The translations under genes were made by a program, and so were the position numbers. From the NCBI GenBank assembly GCA_050575255.1, contig JBNZDD010013721.1, positions 6,268,548-6,332,547 of the forward strand: 64,000 bases of DNA. Reading direction: 5' to 3'. Position 1 is the stretch's first letter; every line of letters begins with the position of its first letter. The notes below the pieces were generated by a model. That model searched no databases. It was given only the letters and a program-made list of their open reading frames with translations, and was not told where the DNA came from. Positions 1 through 12,002 of the stretch are shown here, piece after piece. The stretch is from Harriotta raleighana. Its lineage: Eukaryota.

Positions 1-287
1 ATATTAATATTAACCCGGAAACTTTTTTGGGAATGTTCTCCCTCAATCTCTCCGCCTTGCTCCCTCTTTCCTCTCTTTGAGATCATGAGTGAAGACCTCC
101 CTGTGAGGAGACTATATAATGCAATTTGTTGTAGAGTTGAAATAAAAACAACAGAATGCAGTTGAACCAGAAGCAAATGAAATCTCGGATTGTATTTCAC
201 TAAACTATCCTGCGGCAATCTGGAAGTTTTGCAGGGTTTAAGCACACATACTTTCGGAAGAAAAACATTAACTTTACAACACACATA

Positions 288-671
288 CAGTAAAACCCCA
301 TTTATCTGTGACCCAATCAACCGGATTGCTCAACTCCCTCCCGGGGCAATTCTCATTCCAGCAATCGCGAGTTTGCTCACTTTGCACATGCGTGGAAATG
401 TGCACTTATTAAATTTACGAACTTGGGTTTTTACTGAATGGTAAAAAAAATGCTTTTTTAACCGATCTTTTTACCGAGTGTGCTGGAATGTTTTTTTTGG
501 TAAGTATCCATACAATATTCTATTACTATTTAGTGTATTATTAACATGGTATGTTTTAAAATAAGTTAATTTTTTATGTTGGGTTTTTGGCAACTTGCCG
601 CCCGATTATCCAGCACAGTCAATTAGTCGACACCCCCCCCACCGAGAATGCCGGATAAACGGGATTTAGTG
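288..671. mobile_element. Non-autonomous Tc1/mariner-pogo-type DNA transposon (MITE), copy 1
   Basis: TA|CAGTAAAACCCC at the left end and imperfect inverted GGGATTTAGTG|TA at the right end. The internal GGTAAGTATCCATACAATATT is shared, in opposite orientation, with the copy at 4510-5349. Confidence 0.65.
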
Positions 672-904
672 TAACATCCACATCTTAAAGTACAAAGGAT
701 AGGAATGTCACCATTAACTCTGACACAAATATTTTCACCACTGTCCCGACAGTTCCTCATATTTTAAAGGCGTTAAACACAAAACTAGAATGTGTTCATG
801 CAATTTTTTAAAAATAATTTCAGATTAATAGCCAGACTATTAATATTATCTAATAATAACAATAGTCTACATTATAAAATTATAAAATGCAAGGACTTTT
901 ATTA

Positions 905-1450
905 CAACAACAACAACAAAATTACACTTATAGAGCGCGTTTCACGTCAGGAGGACGTCCCAAGGCGCTGGACAGATTGGTTCAGGACCCGAGCAAGGGA
1001 AAATGTTCAGGGCGAGGGGGGGGGGAAGGGTGGGAGCAAGGAGGGGGTAGAGAGTCGAGAGGGGAGTTGAAGGCACGGTCGAAGAGAAAGGTCTTGAGAC
1101 CGGCCTTGAAAGAGGAAAGGGAGGAAGCGAGGCGAAGGCACTGGGGGATGGAGTTCCAGAGCCTGGGGGCTGAGCGGCTGAAAGCCCGGCCGCCGATGGT
1201 AGGACGGTTAGGGCAAGGGCTGTGGAGCAGACCAGTGCCAGAGGAACGGAGGGTACAGGCAGGTAGATAGGGGGATAGTAGGTCGGAGAGGTAGGAGGGA
1301 GCAAGGCCGTGAATGGCCTTGTAGGTGAGGATGAGGATCTTGAATTCGATCCTCTGGGGGATGGGGAGCCAGTGGAGACGGGCGAGGGTGGGAGTGATGT
1401 GGTCTCGAAGCCTGGTGCGGGAGAGAACACGAGCTGCAGAGTTCTGGATT
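905..1450 (-). mobile_element. L2-clade LINE 3' fragment
   Basis: Minus strand translates to an L2 ORF2 C-terminus (NSAARVL..DHITPTLARLHWLPIPQRIEFKILILTYKAIHGLAPSYL). It is followed by the conserved 3' end GCGCCTTGGGACGTCCTCCTGACGTGAAACGCGCT and a (TTG)n tail. Confidence 0.85.
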
Positions 1451-2057
1451 ACCTACGTATCCTCATAATAATGATCAAAATTAACAAAATACATTAAAAA
1501 AATTAATTGGGCATAAAAGTCCACAACCGAACAGCATCCATACTTTGTCCAGTACTGTTTTGTGCTATGTAATACAATTCTGCCACTAAATAACCTTATT
1601 ATTAATAAAATGACATAACAGGGCTCCCTCTAGTGATGGTAAATATTATAAAGATAGCACAACTGTTGCAACATGTTGTGACCATCTCTTCTCCCAAGAG
1701 ACAATAGAAAGGGAAAGTACAATTTTCCCCACACACCTGGAGTTGTATTTCACTATATTAACCTTCAGCAACTTGTGAAACATTGCACAAAATATATATG
1801 CCTTCTCTTCACTAAATATAGATTAAAATGCTCATCTGTCACAAGAGATACAAACAACAACAAATTATATTTGTAAAGTGCCTTTCATGAGGTGGGTGGA
1901 CGACATCCCAAGGCACTGCAGCTATCAATTTGCACCTATCCTGGGGTTGGGATCAGAAGGTGGGAGGGCAGGGAAAGTGACCGGAGGCACAAACAAAGCG
2001 GAGGGTCTTGAGATGGGCTTGCTTTCCACACAAACAATGACAAAACTAGATTCTTAC

Positions 2058-2215
2058 CTATATAGCCTCGTGCTCTGACCCAGAAGTGTTGTTTCCCCTC
2101 CAAGGCTACATGTCTGTAGTATTCTGGTGGATTGATGGGTTTAATTTCGATGGGCACCTCCTCAGCCAATAATTTGGTCAGACCGATTTTATACTTCTCG
2201 GTTAAGGCTGGATCT
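2058..2215 (-). CDS. ACOT8: Acyl-CoA thioesterase 8, coding exon 4 (further exons lie beyond the left edge)
   Basis: DPALTEKYKIGLTKLLAEEVPIEIKPINPPEYYRHVALEGKQHFWVRARGYIG; AG acceptor at 2216-2217, GTAAG donor at 2057; phase matches exon 3. Confidence 0.92.
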
Positions 2216-2931
2216 CTGTTTTTTTTTAAAAAAAACACACAAAGAAATGAAAATTCTGAATGACAATTTATTGAAATTGCATAATCTGTCTGCTACAGAT
2301 TTATATCTGCATTGCATTTATTTTTTAAAAAATCCCACTACAGCAATTCAGTCAAAAAACTGCTGAAGTCAGAATCATCATTAAATGGCCATCAAATCCA
2401 CAATTCTAGTGATAGATTTGTAACTAACAATAATAATAACAATAATTCTTGCATTTCACAAAGCATCTTTCCATACTGAAACATCTAAAAAGTAATTCAT
2501 TAACTGCAACTGTGTATGAATGCGGCAGCCAATTTGGGCAGAGAAGTGCCTCAACACCCATGAAGAGAATGATCAATTTTATCTGAGAAATTTTAACAAC
2601 AGGTTCAATAACAATCAGAAATAATAACTGTTTCATTTTTATATCTTGCTTTCCACGTCATCTAGACATTTCAAAACACTAAACAGTGTTACTCTTAAAG
2701 TGAATTGAACATATATTTGTGGGTGAAATGCAGCAGCCAATTGCGCACAGCAGTATCCGATAAACAATCGTGAAGAGTGACCATTTTGTTTTCAGGATTA
2801 TTCACCGGAAATGTGATTCTAAGATTCTAGAATTGATTGGGAGAAGATTGGTGTAAGGTCGTTTGTTTGCGTGTTTAAGGCAGGATTTTAGTTTATGGCA
2901 CAGTCATAGGTCTATAGGTCAATTTTCATAC

Positions 2932-3157
2932 CTCAAGTACTTCTGAATTAGTTCCTCTTGGGTCAGTAACTCGTCAGGGGAAGGGACTACAGGCATGGTA
3001 AACTGGTGATGAATTGGACTCTCCATTTTCCTCTGGAATGAAGATTGGCAGATCAGGATTGGATTCCCATGCTGAATGGCCTTCACAGAACGGACAGAAA
3101 AGCTTTTCCCATCTCGGATGCGATCTACTTGGTACAGGACTGGCACTTTGGGGTCAC
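2932..3157 (-). CDS. ACOT8: Acyl-CoA thioesterase 8, coding exon 3
   Basis: GDPKVPVLYQVDRIRDGKSFSVRSVKAIQHGNPILICQSSFQ, a TesB/ACOT8 hot-dog fold motif; AG/GT boundaries; 226 nt with consistent phases. Confidence 0.95.
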
Positions 3158-3922
3158 CTACAACAACAAAGTAGATTGTAAACGAGAGGGTTAAATGATG
3201 TTCATTGGACAACAGCAAAATACAACTGGTTTGACACATTTCCATCTTTACCTATTGAATTCTACAAACTTCATAAGCAAAAATAATATGTAATATCCTA
3301 TTAAGGAGACACCCAGTTTAGAATGATGTTTAATAACCCAAAGCCTTTAAATTAAGTTTATTTTTGTACTCAGAAACTAGGCCCATCAATGCTATACACC
3401 AGCAAAGCCTGTACTGTGACGAGGTCTAAAAGTTTTTTTAAAAACAATCCAAATGAAACCAAATGAGAAGAATTGGTTAGGCAACACTGAAAGCCAATAA
3501 GGTTTATGAAAAAGGGAGGAAATGAGGAAGAAAGGAGTTGCACAGATTTGAGGTGCTGACAAGAAGTTGGGATTTCAACACAATCAAGCAACTGCAGAAG
3601 GATGCGGATAATTTATTTATATCGTGGGAGGAAGAGAAACAAATCTTCCTTCAGATCACACCCCCTGAAGTGCATCAAAATAATCTCCTCCAGGCTTTTC
3701 AAATTGCCCCCTTTCCAAATCCTCCAAATTTGAAAGGAACTATCTAAATATAAATTAATACAGTACACTGAATTAATAAGGTTGTCAGGTTGTAAGTAAA
3801 ATCAGGACCATTTTGCCACATGCAAAAAAACTACGATATGTACACTGTGGTTCCACAAACCTTGACCTTTGGGATGGCAGAGAAGGAAAAACACTAACGG
3901 ATCAGCCACTTGTCTGTCTTAC

Positions 3923-4059
3923 CTGCTCGTACAAAGTAACAATGCAATGAATGCGCATAAATATTCTCAGATACAGACATTGCAGCTGCTACCAGGGCCT
4001 GTCCAACAATCTGACCCCCAAATAACATGCGACTCCTTGGGACCCAATGATGCGTTCCT
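3923..4059 (-). CDS. ACOT8: Acyl-CoA thioesterase 8, coding exon 2
   Basis: Hand translation GTHHWVPRSRMLFGGQIVGQALVAAAMSVSENIYAHSLHCYFVRAG, with TesB signatures FGGQ..GQAL and HSLH.YF; tttatag acceptor, gtaag donor. Confidence 0.95.
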
Positions 4060-4509
4060 CTATAAAATATAAACGTATAAAGAGTGTATACTGAGGCTCA
4101 GAAAGAAATTGAATAAAACAACTTTTAAAGAAACCTCAAGTAACTTGTTACCACGCGACCCCCCAATATACCTTAGATTTCACTTGCAAGATCAAGGACA
4201 CTGGTACCTATAATTAGCCTCATGTTCAATTAACAGTTTTTTTAAGCTTGCCCTCCTTTGTGACAAATCAAATTTTCCCTTTTCACTTAATCCTTCATTG
4301 AATACATTAAACATTACTTGCATCAGAGATCCCATTATTTGCTTTAAGGTTTCATGTGATTTGACAGACTGGACAGCAATCCATTTTATAATATGGCCAT
4401 TCTTTAATGTTGAAACAAACACAAAATTGCACTTGTAAAGCTCCTTTCATGTTGGGAGGATGTCCCAAGGCACTGGTCAGACAGTAAGGAACAGAATCAG
4501 TTGGAGGTA

Positions 4510-5349
4510 CAGTAAAACCTTTGTTATCCGACACCCTCAGGACTTGACCGGTGTCGATTAATCAAATATGCCGGATAAATGTGTGGCAAGTTGCCAAAAA
4601 TCCAACAAAAAATTTATTTATTTTAAAACATCCCACATTAATAATAGACTAAATAACAAAATATTGTATGGATACTTACCAAAAAGGAATTCCAGCAAAC
4701 GGTAAAATGATCAGTAATAAAGCATTCCAGCGCTTGGTAAGTTTAACAAGTGAGCATGCGCAAAGTGAGCATACTGCGAGTATCATCTCCCCCATTCTTG
4801 CCTGTCTCTATTGGCTCCCCATCACCCAGAGGATCCAATTTAAGATCCTGGTCCTCACATATAAAGCCCTCCACAACCCCGCCCTACATCCGTGACCTCC
4901 TATCCCTTACCAACCTGCCCACCCTCTCCGCTCAGCAGACTCTGGCCTGCTCTATGTCCCTCGACCCACCCACCTCGACCCATTGGTGGGCAAGCCTTCA
5001 GTCACTCTGCCACCAACCTCTGGAACTCCATCCCGAAGACCCACCACTTTGAACCCTCCCTGGCCTCCTTCAAGTCTCGCTTCAAGACTCTCCTCTTCGA
5101 TGGTCCCATCAGCGACTCCTCCACCCACCCCCCCACCTGTCCTCCCTAGCTCGGGTCTGAAGCAGTAGCCTGTCCAGCGCCTTGGGACATCCTCCTGATG
5201 TGAAAGGCGCTATACAAATAGAATTTTGTTGTTGTGTCCCAGATGCCTACTGTATGAGATCCGGTTGCTGAAATTGTGAATTGTTTTGGGAGATACCGGT
5301 TGGTTGAGAATGCTGTTTCGTTGGGTATTGGATAAACAAGGTTTTATTG
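4510..5349. mobile_element. MITE copy 2 (same family as 288-671), interrupted by an L2 fragment
   Basis: TA|CAGTAAAACCTTTGTTATCC ... GGATAAACAAGGTTTTATTG|TA terminal inverted repeats with TA target site. Confidence 0.7.
4781..5237 (+). mobile_element. L2-clade LINE 3' fragment nested in the MITE
   Basis: ISPILACLYWLPITQRIQFKILVLTYKALH and GGQAFSHSATNLWNSIP, then the L2 3' end and a (TTG)n tail. Confidence 0.85.
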
Positions 5350-6747
5350 TAATAGGTTTTTTTCTCAAAAGCTTTGGAATGCACACACTAACACCAAGTA
5401 TTAATATCAATTAGAACCAATCTGTTTGGGGAATAGTAGCTTTAAAAATCCATGTAAAATAGAAGGATTCCATTCAATTAATGGGAGAATGAATCAAACA
5501 ACTGCTGCTATGAATACTGCTGTAATATATACAATGAGTTTGTGAAACTTTATCTTGGAAAGTCTGAAAAGGGTGCAGTAACACAGACCAAATAACTCCA
5601 TAAAAACCATACATTGATTGAAGTAAACTTCAATGAATTTACAAACACCACAATACACACCGTGGAGGGGAAATACTCCCCTTATATTTAATTTAGATAT
5701 AACACACTCTTTCTTCCTAAAATTACAGTATGTTTTCAGGGCTGTCTGATGCTGCTCAAATGTGTTGAAGTCAGCAGAGGAAAAGGGTAAGCATGCACCT
5801 TCAATACATAAACAAGGATTAGAGACAGACTCACTTGAAAGTGCGCTGATTGCTGTGCTCATTGCTGTGGAAACAGTGGTTGAAAAAGTGAGTGCAAGTT
5901 AAATCCTATCAGCCTGCATTGGGATTTTGGTGGACACCAACGTTTGGCTGGACGGACAATGACCTCCTGAAGGAATACGTAGAGAAAGAGCACAGGACAA
6001 TCTGGTTATACCTGCCTCTGTTCAAGGACGGCAAGGTCCCACAAGTGTAGAAAACCCATGTCAAACTATCCTCTATTACAGATCCAAACACCTGGGGCAG
6101 GTCGGGGGATGTCTGGAGTATTCTGGAGGCGGACTCACAATGGCACATCTATTTGCCAAGGCCCCTCACAAGAGGACCCGATGCTGAGTAAGATTGGTAC
6201 ACAATGTTGGACTTGGAACTCGAACATCAAGGTAGCTCGCACAGCATTTGCTGTCCTGTAAAGATCCTTCCATCGCACCAAGCACCTCATTGAGGATTTG
6301 GGGGCAACAGCTTCTGCCAAGGAGTTACCTGTAGTCCAACTTCATGAACAGGCGCTTGGAGTCCATCTTGATTGGCTCGCTGAGAGATAAGCAGCTGCTG
6401 CTTAAGCTTTGCACCTCCAACTAGTTGAAGCACCATCACTCAATGCGAGCTGTAGGATGGAAGATGGTGGCAATGCCCTTACGAGTTTCAAGCTGAGCTA
6501 TTTTGCCCACCAGGAAACTGGTTGAGTACCTGGCACCTGACATCCATCTAGTGAGGGCTCCAAGCTTTGTTTGTAGGATGTCAAATAGTAACTCTCCTTC
6601 TTCTTGGGGAAAATGGTGGGTGGGTGGGGAGAGAGTGGCTTAAAAGTGACATACATGTCATCATCACTATTATATTCAGCTGGTGGCGGGGTCAGGGTCA
6701 GGAGGATAGGGTCAGAGGGAAGGGGGCGGCAGGGTCAGTGTCAGGGT

Positions 6748-6779
<32 letters not shown>

Positions 6780-6830
6780 NAGGGTCCGGTTGGGAGTGTG
6801 GGGCAGGGGACAGGCCGAGGCAGGACCCAC

Positions 6831-7057
6831 CTGTACAAGTCCAGGTCCAGCCGCTCCAGGTTCAGGACGCTGGTCACCAACACGCTGTGCAGGTCCGCAT
6901 TCCGGTTGGATTTGCTGCTGCAGCCGCTGGCGGAGAGGACGGCCTCGTCTCTCGGTATCTCTGAGGAACTCTTCCTGGGGACAGAGCTCTGAGGGGAGGA
7001 GGAGACGCCTTTGCTGGACTCCGGCGGCTGCTTCTTCCCTCGGCTGGAAGCCGCCAT
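6831..7057 (-). CDS. ACOT8: Acyl-CoA thioesterase 8, coding exon 1
   Basis: ATG at 7057 (MAASSRGKK...DLHSVLVTSVLNLERLDLDLYR), then a GTGGGT donor; the LVTSVLNLE motif is typical of the ACOT8 N-terminus. Confidence 0.9.
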
Positions 7058-7260
7058 TTTACCGGCAATTCCCCGATCACGTGACGCGGCCGCTGTGGGC
7101 CCGCCTTTCACAGGGGCGGGTAGGACCCGCCTACTTTCCGGCTCCACCCCCCGCTACAATGTGGGTCAGCCCCGGGCTGATGAGATCAACGGCGTGAGTA
7201 CTCTGAGTGACGGCCAAGCCGACCAATCACAAGGCGAAATGGGCTGAGTGACAGGTAGTC
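7058..7260 (-). promoter_or_regulatory. CpG-rich ACOT8 promoter / 5' UTR region
   Basis: CpG-dense sequence directly upstream of the ATG with a TCACGTGA E-box (7077-7084), a GGGGCGGG GC box (~7113) and a CCAAT (~7223). Confidence 0.55.
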
Positions 7261-7554
7261 TATCCTATCAGATAGCGCAGTCTCTGAGTGACAGCTGGGA
7301 TTTCAGTGTAGTTATACATATGCCACAAACATGATTATAAACACAGAAGTTTTTAAAAATATATATCTGTATACAGTATATACTGTGTATAACAATCATA
7401 TAAAGCTCCTTTAAGGGTCACATTGGGATGCAGATGTGATGCCACTGGAGATGGAAATGTCCAAGAGTGCACATTGTATGATATTGCTCATCAGTTCTGA
7501 TTATTTTGAGGATCATATCCATTATCCAGGTCAACAATACTGGTTGTTTTCCCT

Positions 7555-7557
<3 letters not shown>

Positions 7558-7592
<35 letters not shown>
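7558..7592. repeat. (TA)n microsatellite
   Basis: Direct inspection. Confidence 0.95.
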
Positions 7593-8525
7593 GAGAGTTA
7601 CTGCACAGGGACAGTCCATTCAGCTCAAGTTTACCACCATCTATTTCCATTAAATGATTTGTTTCCCCATAGTATTTATGTACCATTATGTGGCTTTGCA
7701 CCTTCCATCTCTCACTCCAACTAGTTCCCAATATCCTCTACCTTGGGCCATTGCTGTCCTCTTTCCCAGAGTCATGCCTGCTGAGTCCATTTTCCTTTGC
7801 CCAGTTACACTGGATGAAACCAAGTTGGATGGCTGGTCTATGCAGAGTTAGCTAAAATTTATACTGTACCATGGAATCAGTAAAACATAGCAATTAGCTT
7901 ACTGACCTCCAGGCACTTTAAAGATAACAACTTGCATTTATTTAGAGAGCATCTCTTCACATGGGGTAGCATCCTGGAATTATTGCAATATACTGTACTA
8001 AGAAGTACAACACATTTATAACTTGAAAAATGTAGAGAAGCAAAATAATGCAAAGAAACCAACAAAGTATTATTCTATCAAATAATCTAATAACAATTTA
8101 ATGTAATCAGCACAAATCAAAACTGCTCGAAGACAATGATAATAAGCACCAGTGTTTTGTGGATGTAAACGCTCAACCAAAAGCCCTGAAATTAATGACC
8201 AATTTTATTCGTCTGGGAAAAATTCCTTATTCTTTCCTAATAACAATGAAAACACACAGTCTTTTCTTTGATCACATTATTTCTTGTACCAATAGCAAGT
8301 CAAGCTTTTCAGTTATATGGAGTAAATGCCTAGTTAAATAAATGTAATTCAATATCAAATACATATCGTAAGGGGTTGGATTTCATATGCTCATGTTGTT
8401 ACAAAAATAATCTTCATGCAGTTTGTTATACACAATGTACTTCAAATAGATTGCCTATGAAAGCCTTTGAAATCACCTGTACTGTAGTTTCATATTTTCT
8501 ACACATTACTTTGCCTGGCAGGAAT

Positions 8526-8641
8526 TCACTCATATTTGCAGTAATCCTTTAACAATTCCGGTAGTTTTAACCAGTCGATGGCTAGTCTGTGTATGATGTG
8601 TTTCTGAATAACCTGGCGACACAAAGTCTGTAGAGATGGAA
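8526..8641 (-). CDS. NEURL2: Neuralized E3 ubiquitin ligase 2 (Ozz), coding exon 2, SOCS box
   Basis: Hand translation (F)PSLQTLCRQVIQKHIIHRLAIDWLKLPELLKDYCKYE-stop is a SOCS box; ctgcag acceptor; phase 1 matches exon 1. Confidence 0.93.
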
Positions 8642-9489
8642 CTGCAGCCAGAAAAAAAGAGCAAAAGTGAAATTGTTACTTAAGCATTCATATCTGAGAG
8701 ATTGCACATATATTGTTAGGTTTGCAGGAAAGATGGGAAATCTGAAAAATTACTCGACAACAGCCGTATGTCTGCTAAGGAACAACAATAATTTTACATT
8801 GATTTAGCACCTATCACAGAAGAAGGATGCCTCAAATCGTTTCACACAGTTGCCTGGCAGGGTGAGATCAGTGTAGGATAGATAAGAAAGGAAGAGGGAT
8901 AGAAACATTACTAAGAGCATGGTAAAAAAATAATTATGAGCTTTAAAGGTGGGAGAAAAGGTTACAGTAGCAGGTTGAGTTGCATTACTTTAACAATGTC
9001 TGCTCTTTATGGGAAGCTACTCAACTGAATTTTTACCATGTAGCTGCCTAATTCCCTTTTAATAATAATAATAGTAATCCTTGCATTTGATCTAGCGCCT
9101 TATCACAACTTTGGGAAATCTCAAAGCACTTCACAGATACACTTCAAAGAGAATTGATACATTATATGGGCGAAACGCAGAAGCCAATCACACCTAGCAG
9201 TGACCCACAAACAGTTGTGGATTGAAGTGCCCAATAAATTATTACTATTATTTTCTAGACAGGCTTCAGCAAAGATCCACAAGTTGCTGAAGGCAACAGG
9301 TTGCTATGACTGTCCAGTTCCATCTTGAAAACTCTCTGGGTTAACCTGTTGCGGAGAATGTGGAACTGTGATTAAAGCCAGCAATTATTATTCCAATTAT
9401 GGAATTAATTCAATATTCCAAGTTAAATTTGTTGTAAAGTTGTTAAACTGTTGTAATTAATAATCCTTGCATCCTTTTATAGTGCCTGT

Positions 9490-9790
9490 CAACAAGAACA
9501 ACAAATTGCAATTATATAGCACCCAAAACATCAGAAGAACATCCTAAAGCGCTGGACAGTCAAAGTTTATACACAAGCTGGGGGTTAGATTCAGAGGAGA
9601 GGGACCTAAACAGTGTAAGAGGATAAGTTAACTGAAGGCGCACTGAAAAAGGAAAGTTTTGAGATAGATCTGGAAGGAGGTGAGAGGCGGAGGTGCTCGG
9701 GGATGAAGTTCCAGAGGGTGGATGCAGAAAGGCTGAAGGCCCGACTGTTTATAGCGGGCAGGGCGCGTGATGCAATGCCTGCTAAGGAGA
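9490..9790 (-). mobile_element. Degenerate L2 3' fragment in the NEURL2 intron
   Basis: RAFSLSASTLWNFIPEHLRLSP and an L2-type 3' end. Confidence 0.65.
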
Positions 9791-10173
9791 GGGAAGAGGT
9801 GAGTTTGTAGGGTTTAAAGCTAAAGGATATTGATGCTGTCAGTGCTGGAGGTGAAAAGTTGGGAACCAAGCAATGTCTCACAAACAGCCATGAAATTAAT
9901 CAGCAATTGTATTTGGAGGATTGTTGGCCATAACACCGGGAGAGAGAAACTTCCCTCTCTTTCAGTAGGCCCATGAAATCTTTCACATTCACCTGAATGG
10001 GAACTTGCTGACAGGAAATATAAATTTGTTCACAGAATTTGCCTCCACCATATCCCTTTGTAACCTATTCCTGATTTTTGTTAGTAAACAAATCAAGCTG
10101 AAAGGTTGAGTAAAATAATTGATTTTCCCCGTTTTTGGTCAGCGGAGTTTCTGATACATGCAGAAATACTTAC

Positions 10174-10861
10174 AGCCATACTCCACTTGGATAATCCTTA
10201 CACTCTTAGTAGAAGCAAACACATCCACGACTGCATAAAGTGGCTGGTTAATGGGGATTCCTCTTGCACAGGGACCCATGTCCTCTCCATTGATGACAAT
10301 GTGCATGTCTCCCACTCCAGCACTTTTGATGATGTATAGAACCCCAACCCTGCTTCTCCTGGCTGTCGCTGGAAGTATATTACTCTTATATAGTTCATCT
10401 AAGATATGACTGTACCTCCCTGGTCTACTTCTACCCACTAGCTTATCCTTTGGGATCTTACATTCTCCAATTTTCAGATAGGCTTCCATGGGAGAAAAGG
10501 ATGATCTTGGAGGAAGATTTGGGTCATCCTCATCAGTGGAGACTTTATTATGATTCCTTGTTATGGCAAAAACCCAGCTGTTCCCCAAATTTACCAGGTC
10601 AGGGAGAGAGTATTCAGGAACAATCTCCAGTTTCCTTGGATTGAGCGATGTTAATCCAATCCTAAGGTGCCCACACCATCCCAGTTCTTTTTCTTCAATT
10701 TCCACAAGAAAAATTGTAGAAGGTTCCAAAGGGTCTTGACTGAAACACACCCCATTGGCAAAACTATCGACCCTGCTGGCTTGGGTCCCTGACTCATCCA
10801 GCCTTACGTTGGTTCCATGAATGCAGTGGAAACGCATACAGGGATCAGCTACTGCAGCCAT
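10174..10861 (-). CDS. NEURL2: Neuralized E3 ubiquitin ligase 2 (Ozz), coding exon 1, NHR domain
   Basis: MAAVADPCMRFHCIHGTNVRLDESGTQASRVDSFANGVCFSQDPL..EKELGWCGHLRIGLT..GDMHIVINGEDMGPCARGIP..LYAVVDVFASTKSVRI; GTAAGT donor at 10173; spliced CDS 804 nt (267 aa). Confidence 0.95.
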
Positions 10862-12002
10862 TTCTTCAATGTGGAATGCCTCGGCTATTTTTAACCACAG
10901 TGTTTTGTGTGACAGGTCAAATCTGACAGCTGGTATGGAAAGGCTGATATGACTCAAGTCATATCTAAAAAAGTCTGGTGCTTTAGTTCCGTGTGTCCTA
11001 GTGCCAGTCAGTGGAGCTGCCTCAAAGTGCAAAGAAAGTACATTGCTTTCCCAAGTCAGGCCTAAGTTAAATTTGGGTTATAACATAAATGTTTGCATTA
11101 CTATTAAGGTAAACATTTATTTATTGATAATTAATTATTACCCACACCTTTATGTGTTGCTTTTTTGTGCATACTATTAGAACCAACCAAAGTTACAACA
11201 CAGATCAAGACTATTTGGCAAAACCTTTCTTTGCTGACAATGATAATAATTATTAATAATTATTAACCAAATATACTGATTATTATTTATTGATAAAACA
11301 TACGTTTGTCTCGTTGATTTAGGTGTATTTAATGATGAAACAACAACAAAATTACACTTTTGAAGTCGGGAGGACGTCCCAAGAAAGCTAAGGAACAGCA
11401 TTTGTCAGAGGTCATTCATAAAGTCACTTAGCACATTGAGAAGAGCAGTAATATACTCTCTACAAAATGAATTTGGAAAATATGTAATACGGCAAAGACT
11501 GACTTTTTTTTATTAAACACCTGCAGCGTGAGAGGAAATCAATCTCAGCAGTTATAAAGTGATTTTCATTTGCTCATCAAACAAAAACAGTTAGACTGCT
11601 TTGTGTTTCCAGTTTGGAATTAACGCAAACGCTTTGCGTGTGTGTGGGTTGTGGGGGGCGGGGGGGATTCAGTGAACTATTGTCAAACTCAAACAAATAT
11701 TGAGTTGATGTTTTATTTCCTTGTTTCACGCTGATTTTTGGAGAATTCGACTCATCCCACGTACACATAGAAATTCCAGAGAAAAAATTGTTGGAATTGG
11801 AAAATGGGCACTCTCTCTCTGGAGGCAATACATTCCTACTTACCTTATTTCACCCCAAAGTATTAGGCGCAGATTGACAAGATCCGAGGCTGGGGGAGCT
11901 CACCTGGAAGTATTGGTTGGAGTTCGAGAGAGAAAAAACGCTAGCACAGCTTCAGAGTCAGTCAGACAGACAGTCAGTCAGTGAAGCGAGGTGGGGGGAT
12001 AT

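Noticed and set aside
5900-6560. Coding-like, higher-GC stretch in ACOT8 intron 1
   Set aside because: Possibly a decayed retroelement, but I could not identify a diagnostic motif.
6567-7197. Plus-strand Gly-rich ORFs
   Set aside because: Antisense to ACOT8 exon 1 in GC-rich DNA and spanning a poly-G/N join.
10862-11032. 57-aa N-terminal extension of the NEURL2 ORF
   Set aside because: Starts at a non-ATG codon; similarity to NEURL2 begins at the ATG at 10861.
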